From Armatimonadota bacterium (GTDB lineage Bacteria > Armatimonadota > UBA10988): 36,009 nucleotides of DNA. A program made the position numbers and the translations under genes. Each line of letters opens with the position of its first letter. The first letter of the stretch is position 1. Location: the NCBI GenBank assembly GCA_016235455.1, contig JACRKZ010000168.1:1-36009 (forward strand). Direction: 5' to 3'. Below, piece by piece: positions 9,279-18,519 of the stretch. The notes beneath the pieces are model-generated. The model was not told where the DNA came from. It did not search any database and was given only the letters and a program-made list of their open reading frames with translations.

Positions 9279-10328
9279 CTACTCCTTGGCCAACGGCCGG
9301 CTGGTGATTAGGCCGATGCCGCGGCCCTTGTCGCCCACGGCGTTGTAGAACAGGTAGTACGTGTCGTTGGCCGGGTTGTAGACCAGGCTGGTCTTGTGGG
9401 CATACTGCCGGTCCAGCCCGCTGGGGTTGCCGCCGGCCAGGTAGATGGGCGTCGGATCCTTGGTCCACGACAGCAGGTCGCGCGAGAAGGCCAGCATGAT
9501 GTGCGCCCCGCCGCGGCCCACGCCGAAGTAGAACATGGTCCAGTGATCGCCGTCGCGATAGACCTTGGGGTCCGAGGCGAAGTCCGCATCGTAGGCGCCG
9601 GGCGTGTTGCGCACCACGGGGTTCCCCGGATGCCGCTTCCAGTTCAGCAGATCGTCCGAGAACGCCACGCCGCTCTGTTCGGTGCCGCCGTTGGCCGCGT
9701 TGTAGAAGTCGTAGAACCGACCTTCATGCGCCACCAGCCACGGCTGGTAGATGCAGTCCTTCTCCCACGGCGCCACGTCGGCCTGGTGGATGGAGAGCGT
9801 CGGCGCATCGTGGGCGCGGCGCCAAGTCAGCCCGTCATCGCTGACGGCCACGCCTTCATAGCCGGGCCGCAGTTCGTAGCCGCCCTGCTTGGGATAGGCG
9901 CCATACAGCGACCAGTACCGGCCATCGCGCTTGGCCAGCCGCCGCGGCGCCTTCACGTCATACGACTCGTAGAGATACGCGCCCAGCACGCGCCCACCAT
10001 GGTCGAACTCGCCGGCCGGCCCGAAGCCCAGGGCCAGCCGCGGGTTGGTCCAGTGCAGCAGGTCGCCGCTCTCAACCACGAACGACTGGTAGCCCTGCCC
10101 GTCGAACCCGATGAAGCTCATGTACCACTTCGGGTCGCCCGGGATCTGATAGACCGTCGGGCAGTCGGTCATGTGGACCTTCTCGAACCCAGGGATCTTG
10201 GGGTCCGACGACAGCACATGCTCAGGCTGGTACCACCAGCCGCGGTACGGCGCCGACCAGGCCAGTACCGTACGGTCCTCGATCACGTTGGCGTCGGCCA
10301 TGAGCAGTGCCGCGACGAGTGGCAGCAT
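9279..10328 (-). CDS. Secreted five-bladed beta-propeller glycoside hydrolase (GH43/32/130-like superfamily)
   Basis: GAGGTG RBS precedes ATG 10328. Repeated blade motifs: ESGDLLHW, VSDDGLTW, FSDDLLNWKRHPGNPV, FSRDLLSW. Also contains DCP and ASDP motifs. Confidence 0.7.
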   Translation of the reverse strand: MLPLVAALLMADANVIEDRTVLAWSAPYRGWWYQPEHVLSSDPKIPGFEKVHMTDCPTVYQIPGDPKWYMSFIGFDGQGYQSFVVESGDLLHWTNPRLALGFGPAGEFDHGGRVLGAYLYESYDVKAPRRLAKRDGRYWSLYGAYPKQGGYELRPGYEGVAVSDDGLTWRRAHDAPTLSIHQADVAPWEKDCIYQPWLVAHEGRFYDFYNAANGGTEQSGVAFSDDLLNWKRHPGNPVVRNTPGAYDADFASDPKVYRDGDHWTMFYFGVGRGGAHIMLAFSRDLLSWTKDPTPIYLAGGNPSGLDRQYAHKTSLVYNPANDTYYLFYNAVGDKGRGIGLITSRPLAKE

Positions 10329-10338
10329 GGTCAACACC

Positions 10339-12432
10339 TCACTTGCCCAGCCGCAGCGCGTACAGTTCGTCGCCCACCGCGCGCGCCGCGGCCACCGTCT
10401 CGGGGTATGGCGTATCGGTCTGGTCAATGAAGCCGATCTGGTAGTTCTCCTCATCCAGCCAGCGGCCGGTGAGCGGCTCGTCCTGGAACTCGAACCAGTG
10501 CGTGCCCACGAACTGCGGGTGCTTCACGGCTCCCTCGACGTACGAGCGGTACATCCTGGCCCGTTCGGCCTGCGAGCTGACCGGGACCAGCCCGGTGTGG
10601 AACATGCCGCGGTCGAGCGCGCCGAAGTGGAACTCGCCGACGATCAGCGGCACGTCGCCGGCGTTCGTCTTGAACGTGGCGATGTCGCGCTTGTACAGGT
10701 TGTAGCTGACCACGTCACAGAAGCGCCCGGCCTGCGCCGCGGCCAGGTCGTTGACCCAGGCGAAGCGGCAGCCCAGGTAGAGCTGGTTCGGCGCGGCGGC
10801 CTTCACCGCATCGCGGATGACCCGGAAGTACTGCTCGGCGAACTTGGTGTAGAACGCGGTGAGGTCGGCGCGCGCCTTGACCTTGTCGGGCGCCTCGCGC
10901 GTCTCGGCCAACGCTTCCCAACTGGCGTGCTTGGTGTCCCAGGCGGCGTTGAGCTTCTCGATGGTGCCGTACTTGGCCTTCAGGTCGGTGATGAACACCT
11001 GCTTGGCCACCTGCGTGCTAGGCGAGGCCAGCGCGGCGGTGGCCAGGCTCACGTCGTCGCCCCAGGCGATCTCGTTGTCGACGAAGAAGCCCAGGCACCA
11101 CGGGTCACCGGCGGCCTTGCCCTTCTGGTTGGCCATAGTGGCGCCGATGCCGGCGGCGAAGCTCGGGTCGAACACGTCGCGGAACTGACCCCAGTAGCCC
11201 GTGCTGCCTTCGAGCAGCTTGCCCGAAGTGCCGACGGTGCAGACATACGGCGTGCGGCGGATCTGCTGGATGTCGCCTTGCGACCAGTTGCCGATGGTGT
11301 TGACACCCCACGAGCGCAGGCGGGTGTGGGCCAGGCTGTTCCACGTGGCGCGCCACTCCGGGCCGTATTTGCGCTTGAGATTGGCGTGCGAGAAGCTGTA
11401 GGTCTTGACCTGCTTGCCCGCGTAGTAGCCATGCAGCCCGCGTACATTGCCGCCGGCGAACTCGGCCAGGTCGGGCTGCGCGCCGGGGAAGTCCTGCCAC
11501 CAGCTCTCGCGCTCGTCGGTGGGTGTGGAGTGCCACGAGCCCACGCAGTCGATGCCGTGCGACCAGAACAGACGGCCATCGGGATCGACCAACCACCACT
11601 TGCCCTCGTGCTTGGTCACGCGGAAGAAGCCCGTAGCATCAAGCTTGGGACCATTGGCCAGGCCACCCCACTTGTCCCACTGCGCTGGGCCAGGATGGTC
11701 AGCCAGGTCCTTGGCCTCCGTGGCCACGCGCGCGCGGAGGTCGTCGAGGCTCTTGACCTTGCCGGGCCAGTCATGGTGGATGTACTGGCCGAAGGTGTCG
11801 ACGAACGGCAGGAACGGCTTGTCGGTCGGCGGCGGCACGTTGGGCGGCGCGGTGCCCTCGGCGCGGATGTCGTCCAGGCGCCAGGCGGTGTCTTTCGTCG
11901 GCTTGCCGACGAAGATGACCAGGCCGGTGATCTTGGCCGTGTCGATGGTACCGGCGATGTCGGAGTTGATGGGGTAGCCGCGCATACCGAACAGCTTCAC
12001 GCCGGGCACCTCGGGCGGGCGGGCCTTGAGCTCCACGGTGAGCGTGCCGGTCGCCCCGGCGGCCAGGGTCAGGTTGCCGGTATTGCAGTTCTTGATGCCG
12101 TCGGCGCCGGCGTTGTCCACGCGGCAGTGGAGCGTGGCCTCATCGGCGCCGGTGTTGGTCACCGCCAGGCACAGCCGCGCATAGGGCGACAGGTCCCAGG
12201 TCTTCTCGGCGGGAGCCAGGTTGATGCCGGGCCAATCGCGGTCGTGCCCGACCGCCAAGGCCAGCGCCTTGCCGCCGCCGGCCTCGACCAGCGCGACCTT
12301 GACGCCGGTGGCGGGCACCTTGGCGGGATCAACGCCCTGGTCGAAGCTGAACAGCACCTTCGGCGCGGGATCCTGGGCGCCGGCCGCCCCGGCGGCCAGG
12401 GCGCCGAGCACGAGTATGTGGAACACGTTCAC
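10339..12432 (-). CDS. GH50 beta-agarase-like glycoside hydrolase with N-terminal CBM-like domain
   Basis: AGGAG precedes GTG 12432, followed by a signal peptide. GH50 motifs: TGFFRV..KWWLVDPDGRLFWSHGIDCV, RLRSWGVNTIGNWS, GFFVDNE, LYLGCRFAW, GEFHFGALDRG and HWFEFQDEPLTGR..DEENYQIGF. Confidence 0.85.
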   Translation of the reverse strand: MNVFHILVLGALAAGAAGAQDPAPKVLFSFDQGVDPAKVPATGVKVALVEAGGGKALALAVGHDRDWPGINLAPAEKTWDLSPYARLCLAVTNTGADEATLHCRVDNAGADGIKNCNTGNLTLAAGATGTLTVELKARPPEVPGVKLFGMRGYPINSDIAGTIDTAKITGLVIFVGKPTKDTAWRLDDIRAEGTAPPNVPPPTDKPFLPFVDTFGQYIHHDWPGKVKSLDDLRARVATEAKDLADHPGPAQWDKWGGLANGPKLDATGFFRVTKHEGKWWLVDPDGRLFWSHGIDCVGSWHSTPTDERESWWQDFPGAQPDLAEFAGGNVRGLHGYYAGKQVKTYSFSHANLKRKYGPEWRATWNSLAHTRLRSWGVNTIGNWSQGDIQQIRRTPYVCTVGTSGKLLEGSTGYWGQFRDVFDPSFAAGIGATMANQKGKAAGDPWCLGFFVDNEIAWGDDVSLATAALASPSTQVAKQVFITDLKAKYGTIEKLNAAWDTKHASWEALAETREAPDKVKARADLTAFYTKFAEQYFRVIRDAVKAAAPNQLYLGCRFAWVNDLAAAQAGRFCDVVSYNLYKRDIATFKTNAGDVPLIVGEFHFGALDRGMFHTGLVPVSSQAERARMYRSYVEGAVKHPQFVGTHWFEFQDEPLTGRWLDEENYQIGFIDQTDTPYPETVAAARAVGDELYALRLGK

Positions 12433-12595
12433 CGTCGTCTCCTGCATGGTTCTGACGACGAATTCGACGGCGAGGTGGCGATGCCTTCCAGCGTGCGCGA
12501 ACCGGCCGGGCGTCTCCTCGCGAGCCCCGTGTCGTCCCGCCCTGCCGCGCTCGCAAACACCGGCGCGGACGCCCGGGCCACCATGGCCGGCGAAC

Positions 12596-12624
12596 TTGCA
12601 TCGCGTCCACGCATGGGGCATCAT
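12596..12624 (+). promoter_or_regulatory. Putative sigma70-type promoter for cNMP-ALDH copy 1
   Basis: TTGCAT-N17-CATCAT, about 40 nt upstream of ATG 12666. Confidence 0.35.
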
Positions 12625-12665
12625 TGCCCACAGGCGGCCGTGCGCGCCGTTTGCTGGGAGCCGTC

Positions 12666-14417
12666 ATGAGCTTCTTCGACTCGTTGCGTTCCGAGGAACG
12701 GCTGGCCATCGCCCCGTACCTGGAGGATGTCACGCTCGAGGCGGGCACGTGCATCCTGGAGCAGGGCACACTGGGCGATGAGTGCTACCTCATCGATGCC
12801 GGCCGCGTGCGGCTGGAACTGCACTCGGCCGAGCTCGACAGCGACGCCGTGCTCGACTTCCTCGAAGCCGGGCAGGTACTGGGCGAGTTCGGTCTGTTCG
12901 ACCGCGGCCTGCGCTCGGCCAGCGCCTTCGCCGACACGGCGGTGGCCGCGCGGCGGCTGACGCGTGCCTCACTCGATGCGCTGTGCGCCGACCACCCACG
13001 CCTGGGCATTGCGCTGCTCACCTACTTGGCGCAGGACTTCAGCTTCAAGCTGCGTCAGATGGACGCGCGCCTGGGCACCTATCTGAGCGAAGGCCAGGCG
13101 CCCGACTGGGTTGATGAGCAGGTGGCCAGCGCCGCACAGGCGCAGAGCGAGTGGGCCACCTGGGATGACGGCGAGGTCGATGCGGTCATCGCCGAGATGG
13201 CCCGCGAGGTGGCTGCCGAGGCGGCGCACTTGGCTGCGGAAGAGGTCGCCGAGACAGGTCTGGGCAACTCCGAGGACAAGGCGGCCAAGCTCATCGTCGC
13301 CTGCCGCGAACTGCCGGCCATGCTGCTGGGCACCCAGCCCGTGGGCACCCGCGAGTTGGGCGACGGCCTGGTCGAGATACGCCAGGGCGTCGGCGCCGTG
13401 CTCGGCGTCATTCCGCTGGCCAACGCGCTGCCCACACTGCTCTACGCCGCGCTCTGCTGTCTCAAGGCACGCTGCGCGCTCATCGCCAGTTGTCCGCATA
13501 CGGCGCTCGGTGTCGGCGGGCGCCTGGGGGAGATCCTGCGCGGCGTGCTCATTCGGCGTGAGGCCAGCCCCGACCTGGTGCAGTGGATCTACCGCCGTGC
13601 CAGCCGCGCCACCACCTCCGCGTTCATGACGCACCCTGGCATCGCCCTGATCGTGGCCAGCGCCGGGCCAGGCGTGCTGCGTTCGGCACATAGCTCGGGC
13701 CGGCCCGCGCTGGGCATGGGGGCCTGCAACACGCCGGTCTGGGTGGCCGCCGATGCCGACGTGGCCAACGCCGCGCGGCTCATCGTCGCCAGCAAGAGCT
13801 TCGACTTCGGCCTCACGCCCGGCGCCGAGGACAACCTGGTGGTCGACCACGCCGCGCGTGGCCCGCTGCTGGCCGCGCTGGAGGGCGAGGGCGCTGTGAT
13901 CCTCAGCGACTACGATGTGGAGCACTTCACACGCCATACGCTCGAGGCCGAGACCGGTGCCCTGCGTGCCGACCTGGTCGGCCAGTCGGCCGTGGAGATT
14001 CTGGCCCGCGCCGGGCTCGACCGCGGGCTCGACGCACGGCTGATCGTCGTGCCACAGCCCACCGAGAAGGTGCTCGGACCGTGGGGCGACGACAAGCCGG
14101 CGCCCATCGTGTCGCTCTTCGGCGCGGATGGCGAAACCGACGCGGTCAGCCTCTGCCGCCACCTGCTGTCGACCGCCGGTGCTGGTCACACCGCCATCGT
14201 GCATACCGCCGACCCGCAGGCCGCCCGCCGGTTCGCCTCGGCGCTGCCCGTCGGCCGCGTCCTGTGCAACGCCGGCGGTTGCGACGGGGCGCTCGGCCTG
14301 GGCAACGCCCTGCCGTATGCCTGGACGCTCGGCGGAGGCACCTGGGCCGGCACGACCACGACCGACAACCTGGGACCGAGCCATATGGTGAATGTGACGA
14401 GACTTTGCCTTACTTAG
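12666..14417 (+). CDS. cNMP-binding domain fused to an acylating aldehyde dehydrogenase-like domain, predicted catalytically inactive
   Basis: GGGAG RBS precedes ATG 12666. The CNBD phosphate-binding cassette reads GEFGLFDRGLRSASA. The fold is AdhE/EutE-type ALDH, but the active-site loop is SKSFDFGLTPGAED with no Cys. Confidence 0.8.
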   Translation: MSFFDSLRSEERLAIAPYLEDVTLEAGTCILEQGTLGDECYLIDAGRVRLELHSAELDSDAVLDFLEAGQVLGEFGLFDRGLRSASAFADTAVAARRLTRASLDALCADHPRLGIALLTYLAQDFSFKLRQMDARLGTYLSEGQAPDWVDEQVASAAQAQSEWATWDDGEVDAVIAEMAREVAAEAAHLAAEEVAETGLGNSEDKAAKLIVACRELPAMLLGTQPVGTRELGDGLVEIRQGVGAVLGVIPLANALPTLLYAALCCLKARCALIASCPHTALGVGGRLGEILRGVLIRREASPDLVQWIYRRASRATTSAFMTHPGIALIVASAGPGVLRSAHSSGRPALGMGACNTPVWVAADADVANAARLIVASKSFDFGLTPGAEDNLVVDHAARGPLLAALEGEGAVILSDYDVEHFTRHTLEAETGALRADLVGQSAVEILARAGLDRGLDARLIVVPQPTEKVLGPWGDDKPAPIVSLFGADGETDAVSLCRHLLSTAGAGHTAIVHTADPQAARRFASALPVGRVLCNAGGCDGALGLGNALPYAWTLGGGTWAGTTTTDNLGPSHMVNVTRLCLT

Positions 14418-14447
14418 TATCCTTATGAGAGACTCCGAAAATCGGCC

Positions 14448-14476
14448 TTGTCTCACCGGCGCACCGTGACCATAGT
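14448..14476 (+). promoter_or_regulatory. Putative sigma70-type promoter for cNMP-ALDH copy 2
   Basis: TTGTCT-N17-CATAGT in the intergenic region. Confidence 0.35.
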
Positions 14477-14568
14477 CTGGGTAGACGGCAGCCTGAGGTC
14501 GCTAGCTTGGGGCTTGGCCCGCGCCACCAATGCCCACGAGCCGAGGCCGCGGCAGATGGGCAAGGGCC

Positions 14569-16341
14569 ATGAGCTTCTTCGACTCGTTGCAGCCTGACGA
14601 ACTGCACAGCATCGCGCCGTACCTGGAGCCGGTGTCTTTCGATGAGGGCACCTGCATTCTGGCTCAGGGCACGGCCGGGGACGACTGTTACCTGATCGAC
14701 GACGGGCGTGTGCGCCTGGAACTCCATTCGGCCGAGTTGGACACCGATGCCGTGCTCGACTTCCTTGAGGCCGGCCAGGTGCTCGGCGAGTTCAGTCTGT
14801 TCGACCGGGGCCCGCGCTCGGCCAGCGCCTATGCCGACACGGCCGTCACCGCGCGTCGCCTCAGGCGGCGTCGCTTCGACGCGTTGTGCGATGAGCATCC
14901 CAAACTCGGCATGGCGTTGCTGACCTACATGGCCCAGGATTTCACCCACAAGCTGCGGCAGATGGACGCCAAGCTCGGCACGTTCCTGAGTCGCGGCCAG
15001 GCACCTGCCTGGGTCGATGGGATGGTCACCGCCGGCAGCGCCGCGCAGGCAGAGTTTGCCGCGTGGCCAGAGGACGCCGTGGACGCCATCCTAACCGACA
15101 TCGCGGCTGCCATCTCGGCGGACGCCGAGGCACTGGGCGCCGCGGAGGTGGCCGAGACGGGTCTGGGCGTGGTGGAGCACAAGGTGCTCAAGATCACCGT
15201 GGCCTGCCGCCAGACGCTCGAACTGCTGCTGGGCAGGCCGGCGGCGGGCCCGGTCGTGGCCGATCCCGCCAGCGGGGTGACCGAGGTACTCTCGGGCGTT
15301 GGCGTGGTACTCGGGCTCATCCCGCTCACCAACCCTATCCCCACACTGCTGTTCAAGACAATGATCTGCCTCAAGTCGCGGAATGCGCTCATCGCCAGTT
15401 GTCACCGCAACGCCATGGGCGTCGGCGGCCGCGTGGGCGAGGTGATCCGCGACGTGCTGACCCGCCATGGCGCCAACCCCGATCTGCTACAGTGGATCCG
15501 ACAACGCGCCAGCCGCGCGACAACCAGCGCCTTCATGACCCACCCCGGCGTCTCGCTCATCCTGGCCACCGGCGGCCCGAGCATGGTCAAGTCCGCCTAC
15601 AGTTCCGGCACGCCGGCGCTGGGTGTGGGTGCGGGGAACGCCCCGGTGTGGGTCTGCGCAGACGCCGACCCGGTCGCCGCGGCGCGGCTGATCGTCGATT
15701 CCAAGAGTTTCGACAACGGCGTCATCTGCGGCTCTGACAACAACATCGTGGTCGATTCCGGCCTGCGCCGAGCGCTTGTCGAGGCGCTGGAGGACCAGGG
15801 CGCCGCGGTGCTCAGCGGCTATGAGATCGAGCGCTTCACCAAGGCCGTCGTCGACCCCAGTACACAGCGCCTGCGTGGCGAGCTGGTGGGCCGGTCGGCG
15901 CCCAGGATCCTGCGCGCCGCCGGGTTCGAGCGTGGCGACGCAGTGCGCCTGATCGTGCTGCCGCTGGAGCAGGACAAGGTTCAGGGCCCTTGGGGACACG
16001 AGAAGCTGGCCCCGGTCATCTCGCTCTTCACGGCCACCGGCGAGGACGAGGGGATGGCCCTGTGCCGGCAGATCCTGGCCAACATGGGCAGTGGCCACAC
16101 CGCCATCATTCACACCCACGATGCCGAGCTGGCGCTGCGCTATGCCGGTGCCATGCCGGCCAGCCGCGTGCTGCTCAACTGCGCCGGCTCCACCGGCTGC
16201 ATCGGCATCGGCAACGGGCTCCAGCACTCGTGGACGCTCGGCTGCGGCACCTGGGGCGGCACCTCCACCACGGACAACGTGGGCTTCCGTCACCTCCTCA
16301 ATGTCAAGCGCCTGGCCGCCGCGACGGCCGAAGTGCCGTAG
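14569..16341 (+). CDS. cNMP-binding domain fused to a CoA-acylating aldehyde dehydrogenase (AdhE N-terminal/EutE-like)
   Basis: CNBD cassette GEFSLFDRGPRSASA. ALDH motifs are intact: IPLTNP, LILATGGPSMVKSAYSSGTPALGVGAGN, SKSFDNGVIC (catalytic Cys, TGC 15727-15729), EKLAP, GHTA, TLGCGTWGG and LLNVKR. Confidence 0.88.
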   Translation: MSFFDSLQPDELHSIAPYLEPVSFDEGTCILAQGTAGDDCYLIDDGRVRLELHSAELDTDAVLDFLEAGQVLGEFSLFDRGPRSASAYADTAVTARRLRRRRFDALCDEHPKLGMALLTYMAQDFTHKLRQMDAKLGTFLSRGQAPAWVDGMVTAGSAAQAEFAAWPEDAVDAILTDIAAAISADAEALGAAEVAETGLGVVEHKVLKITVACRQTLELLLGRPAAGPVVADPASGVTEVLSGVGVVLGLIPLTNPIPTLLFKTMICLKSRNALIASCHRNAMGVGGRVGEVIRDVLTRHGANPDLLQWIRQRASRATTSAFMTHPGVSLILATGGPSMVKSAYSSGTPALGVGAGNAPVWVCADADPVAAARLIVDSKSFDNGVICGSDNNIVVDSGLRRALVEALEDQGAAVLSGYEIERFTKAVVDPSTQRLRGELVGRSAPRILRAAGFERGDAVRLIVLPLEQDKVQGPWGHEKLAPVISLFTATGEDEGMALCRQILANMGSGHTAIIHTHDAELALRYAGAMPASRVLLNCAGSTGCIGIGNGLQHSWTLGCGTWGGTSTTDNVGFRHLLNVKRLAAATAEVP

Positions 16342-16446
16342 CCGCGGCGATCAGCTCCCTCACGGCTCAGGTGGCGCTGGCGCGGCTCAGCCCCATGTGC
16401 TACGGTGGCGTTCTGCTCTGCTCGGCACCAGTGAGGGGAACCGACC

Positions 16447-18366
16447 ATGTTCAAGCTCGCGTGGCGCATCGCCGTACCGCGTTACGAGACCGACGCCGCC
16501 TTCGACCGCCTGCTCGCCCTGTTCCACGCCAACCTGCCCATCCTCGATGAGGTCTGTTTCTTCGAGACCGTGACCCATCAGCTCTACGTGGAGCCGGCCA
16601 TCCTCGAACGGCGCGCCGCGATTCTGGCCGACCGCATCACCGCCTGTCGCGAGCTGGGCATCCCCAGCGTGGGCATCAACGTGCTGACCAGCATCGGTCA
16701 CATTGACGAGGCCTGGGACACCAACCCGCCGCTGCCGTTCCAGCCCATGATCGGCCATGACGGCGGCGTGGCCAAAGGCAGCGGCTGCCCCAACGACCCG
16801 GCCTTGCGGCAGTATGTCGACTGGAAGTACCGGCTGTTCGCCGGCGCCAAGCCCGATTTCATCTGGGTTGACGACGACTTCCGCATCCACCATCACACGG
16901 TGCCCTTCCCCTGCTTCTGCGACCGCTGCCTGGGCCTGCTTTCGGCCGAAACCGGAGTGCGCTGGACGCGCGAGGCGCTGGTCAACGCACTGGACCAGCC
17001 CGAGGCCGGCGCCACGCGCCGCGCCTGGGTGGAACGCAACGTGCGCAGCCTGGAAGACCTGCTGACCCACATCGGCCGCTCGGTGCGCGCGGTCGACCCC
17101 GGCATCGAGCTCGGGCTGATGACCGCCGGGCCCGGCTGGACCACCTACTCCGGTGTGCAGATCGGCCGCTGGCTGCGGGCGCTGGGCGCGACCAAGCTGC
17201 GCCCCGGCGGCGGGTTCTACGGCGATGCGGCGCGGCTGGGCATCATCGACAAGGCGCTCGACTGCGGCCGCCAGCTCGAAGACCTGCCCGAGGCCGTGAC
17301 CGACACGCAGTACGAGATGGAGAACTTCCCCTACCAGCGGCTGGCCAAGGCGGGCGCGACCCTGGCTCACGAGACACTGCTGGCGCTGGCCAACGGCCAC
17401 ACCGGCATCGCCTACAACGCGCTGGGCATGAGCGACCTGGGCTTCGAGGACGAGGAGCATCTGCTGGCAGCCATCCACGCCGGGCGCGTCGGATGGGACG
17501 AGCTGGCCAACGTGGCCCGCGGCACCCACGCCGCCGGCCTGTGGCCCGCCTGGAGCCGCGACCTGGCCTGGAAGCGCGAACTCGAGCCCGGCGAGACGTG
17601 GTGGCACCCCTCGGCCTGGCACAGCAGCATGGTGCCCACGGCGCTGGCCGAGATCGGCCTGCCCCTGGCCGCGCAGGCGCCCGGCGACGGCACCATCCTG
17701 GTCGGCCGCATGGTCGAGGCCCTCGATGACGACGAACTGCGCGCGCTGCTCAGCGGCGGCCTGCTGTGCGACGGCGTGGCGCTGGGCGCGCTCGAAGCCC
17801 GCGGCCTGGGTCACCTGACCGGCGTGCGCACTGCGGGCAGCTACACCAACGGCCTGGCCGAACGCCTCACCGACGACACGCTCAACGGCTCGTTCGCCGG
17901 CGAGCTGCGCGATGCGCGCATCGAGTTCTGGGGCGACTCACGTGGGCAGGCCGTGGCGCTGGAGCCGCTGGACGACGGCGCGCGTGTGCTGGCCCGCCTG
18001 GAGGACTACTTCGGCCGGCCCGGAGAGGCGTGCGTCTCGGCCTACGAGAACGAGTACGGCGGCCGTGTGGCAGTCATGGGCTATGCCCCGTGGATGTTCC
18101 TGCGGTCGGTCTCCAAGCGCTGGCAATTGCTCAGCCTGGCCGACTGGCTGACCCGCGACCGGCTAGCCGTGCGCATCGACGAGCCGGTCAGCGTGACTCC
18201 GTGGGTACGCCTCGACGCCGAGCGCCGGCGCGGGTTCGTGGTGCTGCTCAACCATGGGCTGGATGTGCTGGAGAGCGTGACGGTGCGGGTCAGGTTGGCC
18301 GATGGCGAGACGGCGCATCGCGTGGGGCCGATGGCGGCTTGGAGTACGGCGGTGGTGGTGGTGTAA
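16447..18366 (+). CDS. Putative glycoside hydrolase-like protein (TIM-barrel with CxCxxC, GH42-like trimerisation region)
   Basis: Motifs GCPNDP, DFIWVDDDFR, CFCDRC, RPGGGFY and YEMENFPY, plus C-terminal ENEYGGRVAV. A candidate extended -10 (TGTGcTACGGT) lies at 16396-16406. No signal peptide is evident. Confidence 0.55.
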   Translation: MFKLAWRIAVPRYETDAAFDRLLALFHANLPILDEVCFFETVTHQLYVEPAILERRAAILADRITACRELGIPSVGINVLTSIGHIDEAWDTNPPLPFQPMIGHDGGVAKGSGCPNDPALRQYVDWKYRLFAGAKPDFIWVDDDFRIHHHTVPFPCFCDRCLGLLSAETGVRWTREALVNALDQPEAGATRRAWVERNVRSLEDLLTHIGRSVRAVDPGIELGLMTAGPGWTTYSGVQIGRWLRALGATKLRPGGGFYGDAARLGIIDKALDCGRQLEDLPEAVTDTQYEMENFPYQRLAKAGATLAHETLLALANGHTGIAYNALGMSDLGFEDEEHLLAAIHAGRVGWDELANVARGTHAAGLWPAWSRDLAWKRELEPGETWWHPSAWHSSMVPTALAEIGLPLAAQAPGDGTILVGRMVEALDDDELRALLSGGLLCDGVALGALEARGLGHLTGVRTAGSYTNGLAERLTDDTLNGSFAGELRDARIEFWGDSRGQAVALEPLDDGARVLARLEDYFGRPGEACVSAYENEYGGRVAVMGYAPWMFLRSVSKRWQLLSLADWLTRDRLAVRIDEPVSVTPWVRLDAERRRGFVVLLNHGLDVLESVTVRVRLADGETAHRVGPMAAWSTAVVVV

Positions 18367-18380
18367 GGCGAGACGGGGGG

Positions 18381-18490
18381 GCGGCCCTGGGCGCGAGGCG
18401 CTCCCGCGCGGCACTAACCCCGACGACGCACCTGCGATCGGGTAGCCCTGCGGCCGATGCCGCGCAGGAGCGCGGCGCTCCCAGGGCCGC
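18381..18490. repeat. Imperfect 33-bp inverted repeat pair (REP doublet/REPIN-like) between convergent genes
   Basis: 18381-18413 gcggccctgggcgcgaggcgctcccgcgcggca versus the reverse complement of 18458-18490, gcggccctgggagcgccgcgctcctgcgcggca (4 mismatches). Confidence 0.7.
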
Positions 18491-18519
18491 ACGCTCGCCC
18501 GCTCCATGGCCCGCCCCGC

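Noticed and set aside
14418-14568. Possible riboswitch between the ALDH paralogs (GAGAC/GTCTC stem with inner CCGA/TCGG hairpin)
   Set aside because: It matches no riboswitch consensus I recognise, and it overlaps a candidate -35 box. An Rfam search would settle it.
12666-16341. CNBD proteins as Pycsar/CBASS-type defence effectors, or as AdhE/microcompartment enzymes
   Set aside because: There is no cyclase, TIR or TM effector, ADH domain or shell gene in the window.
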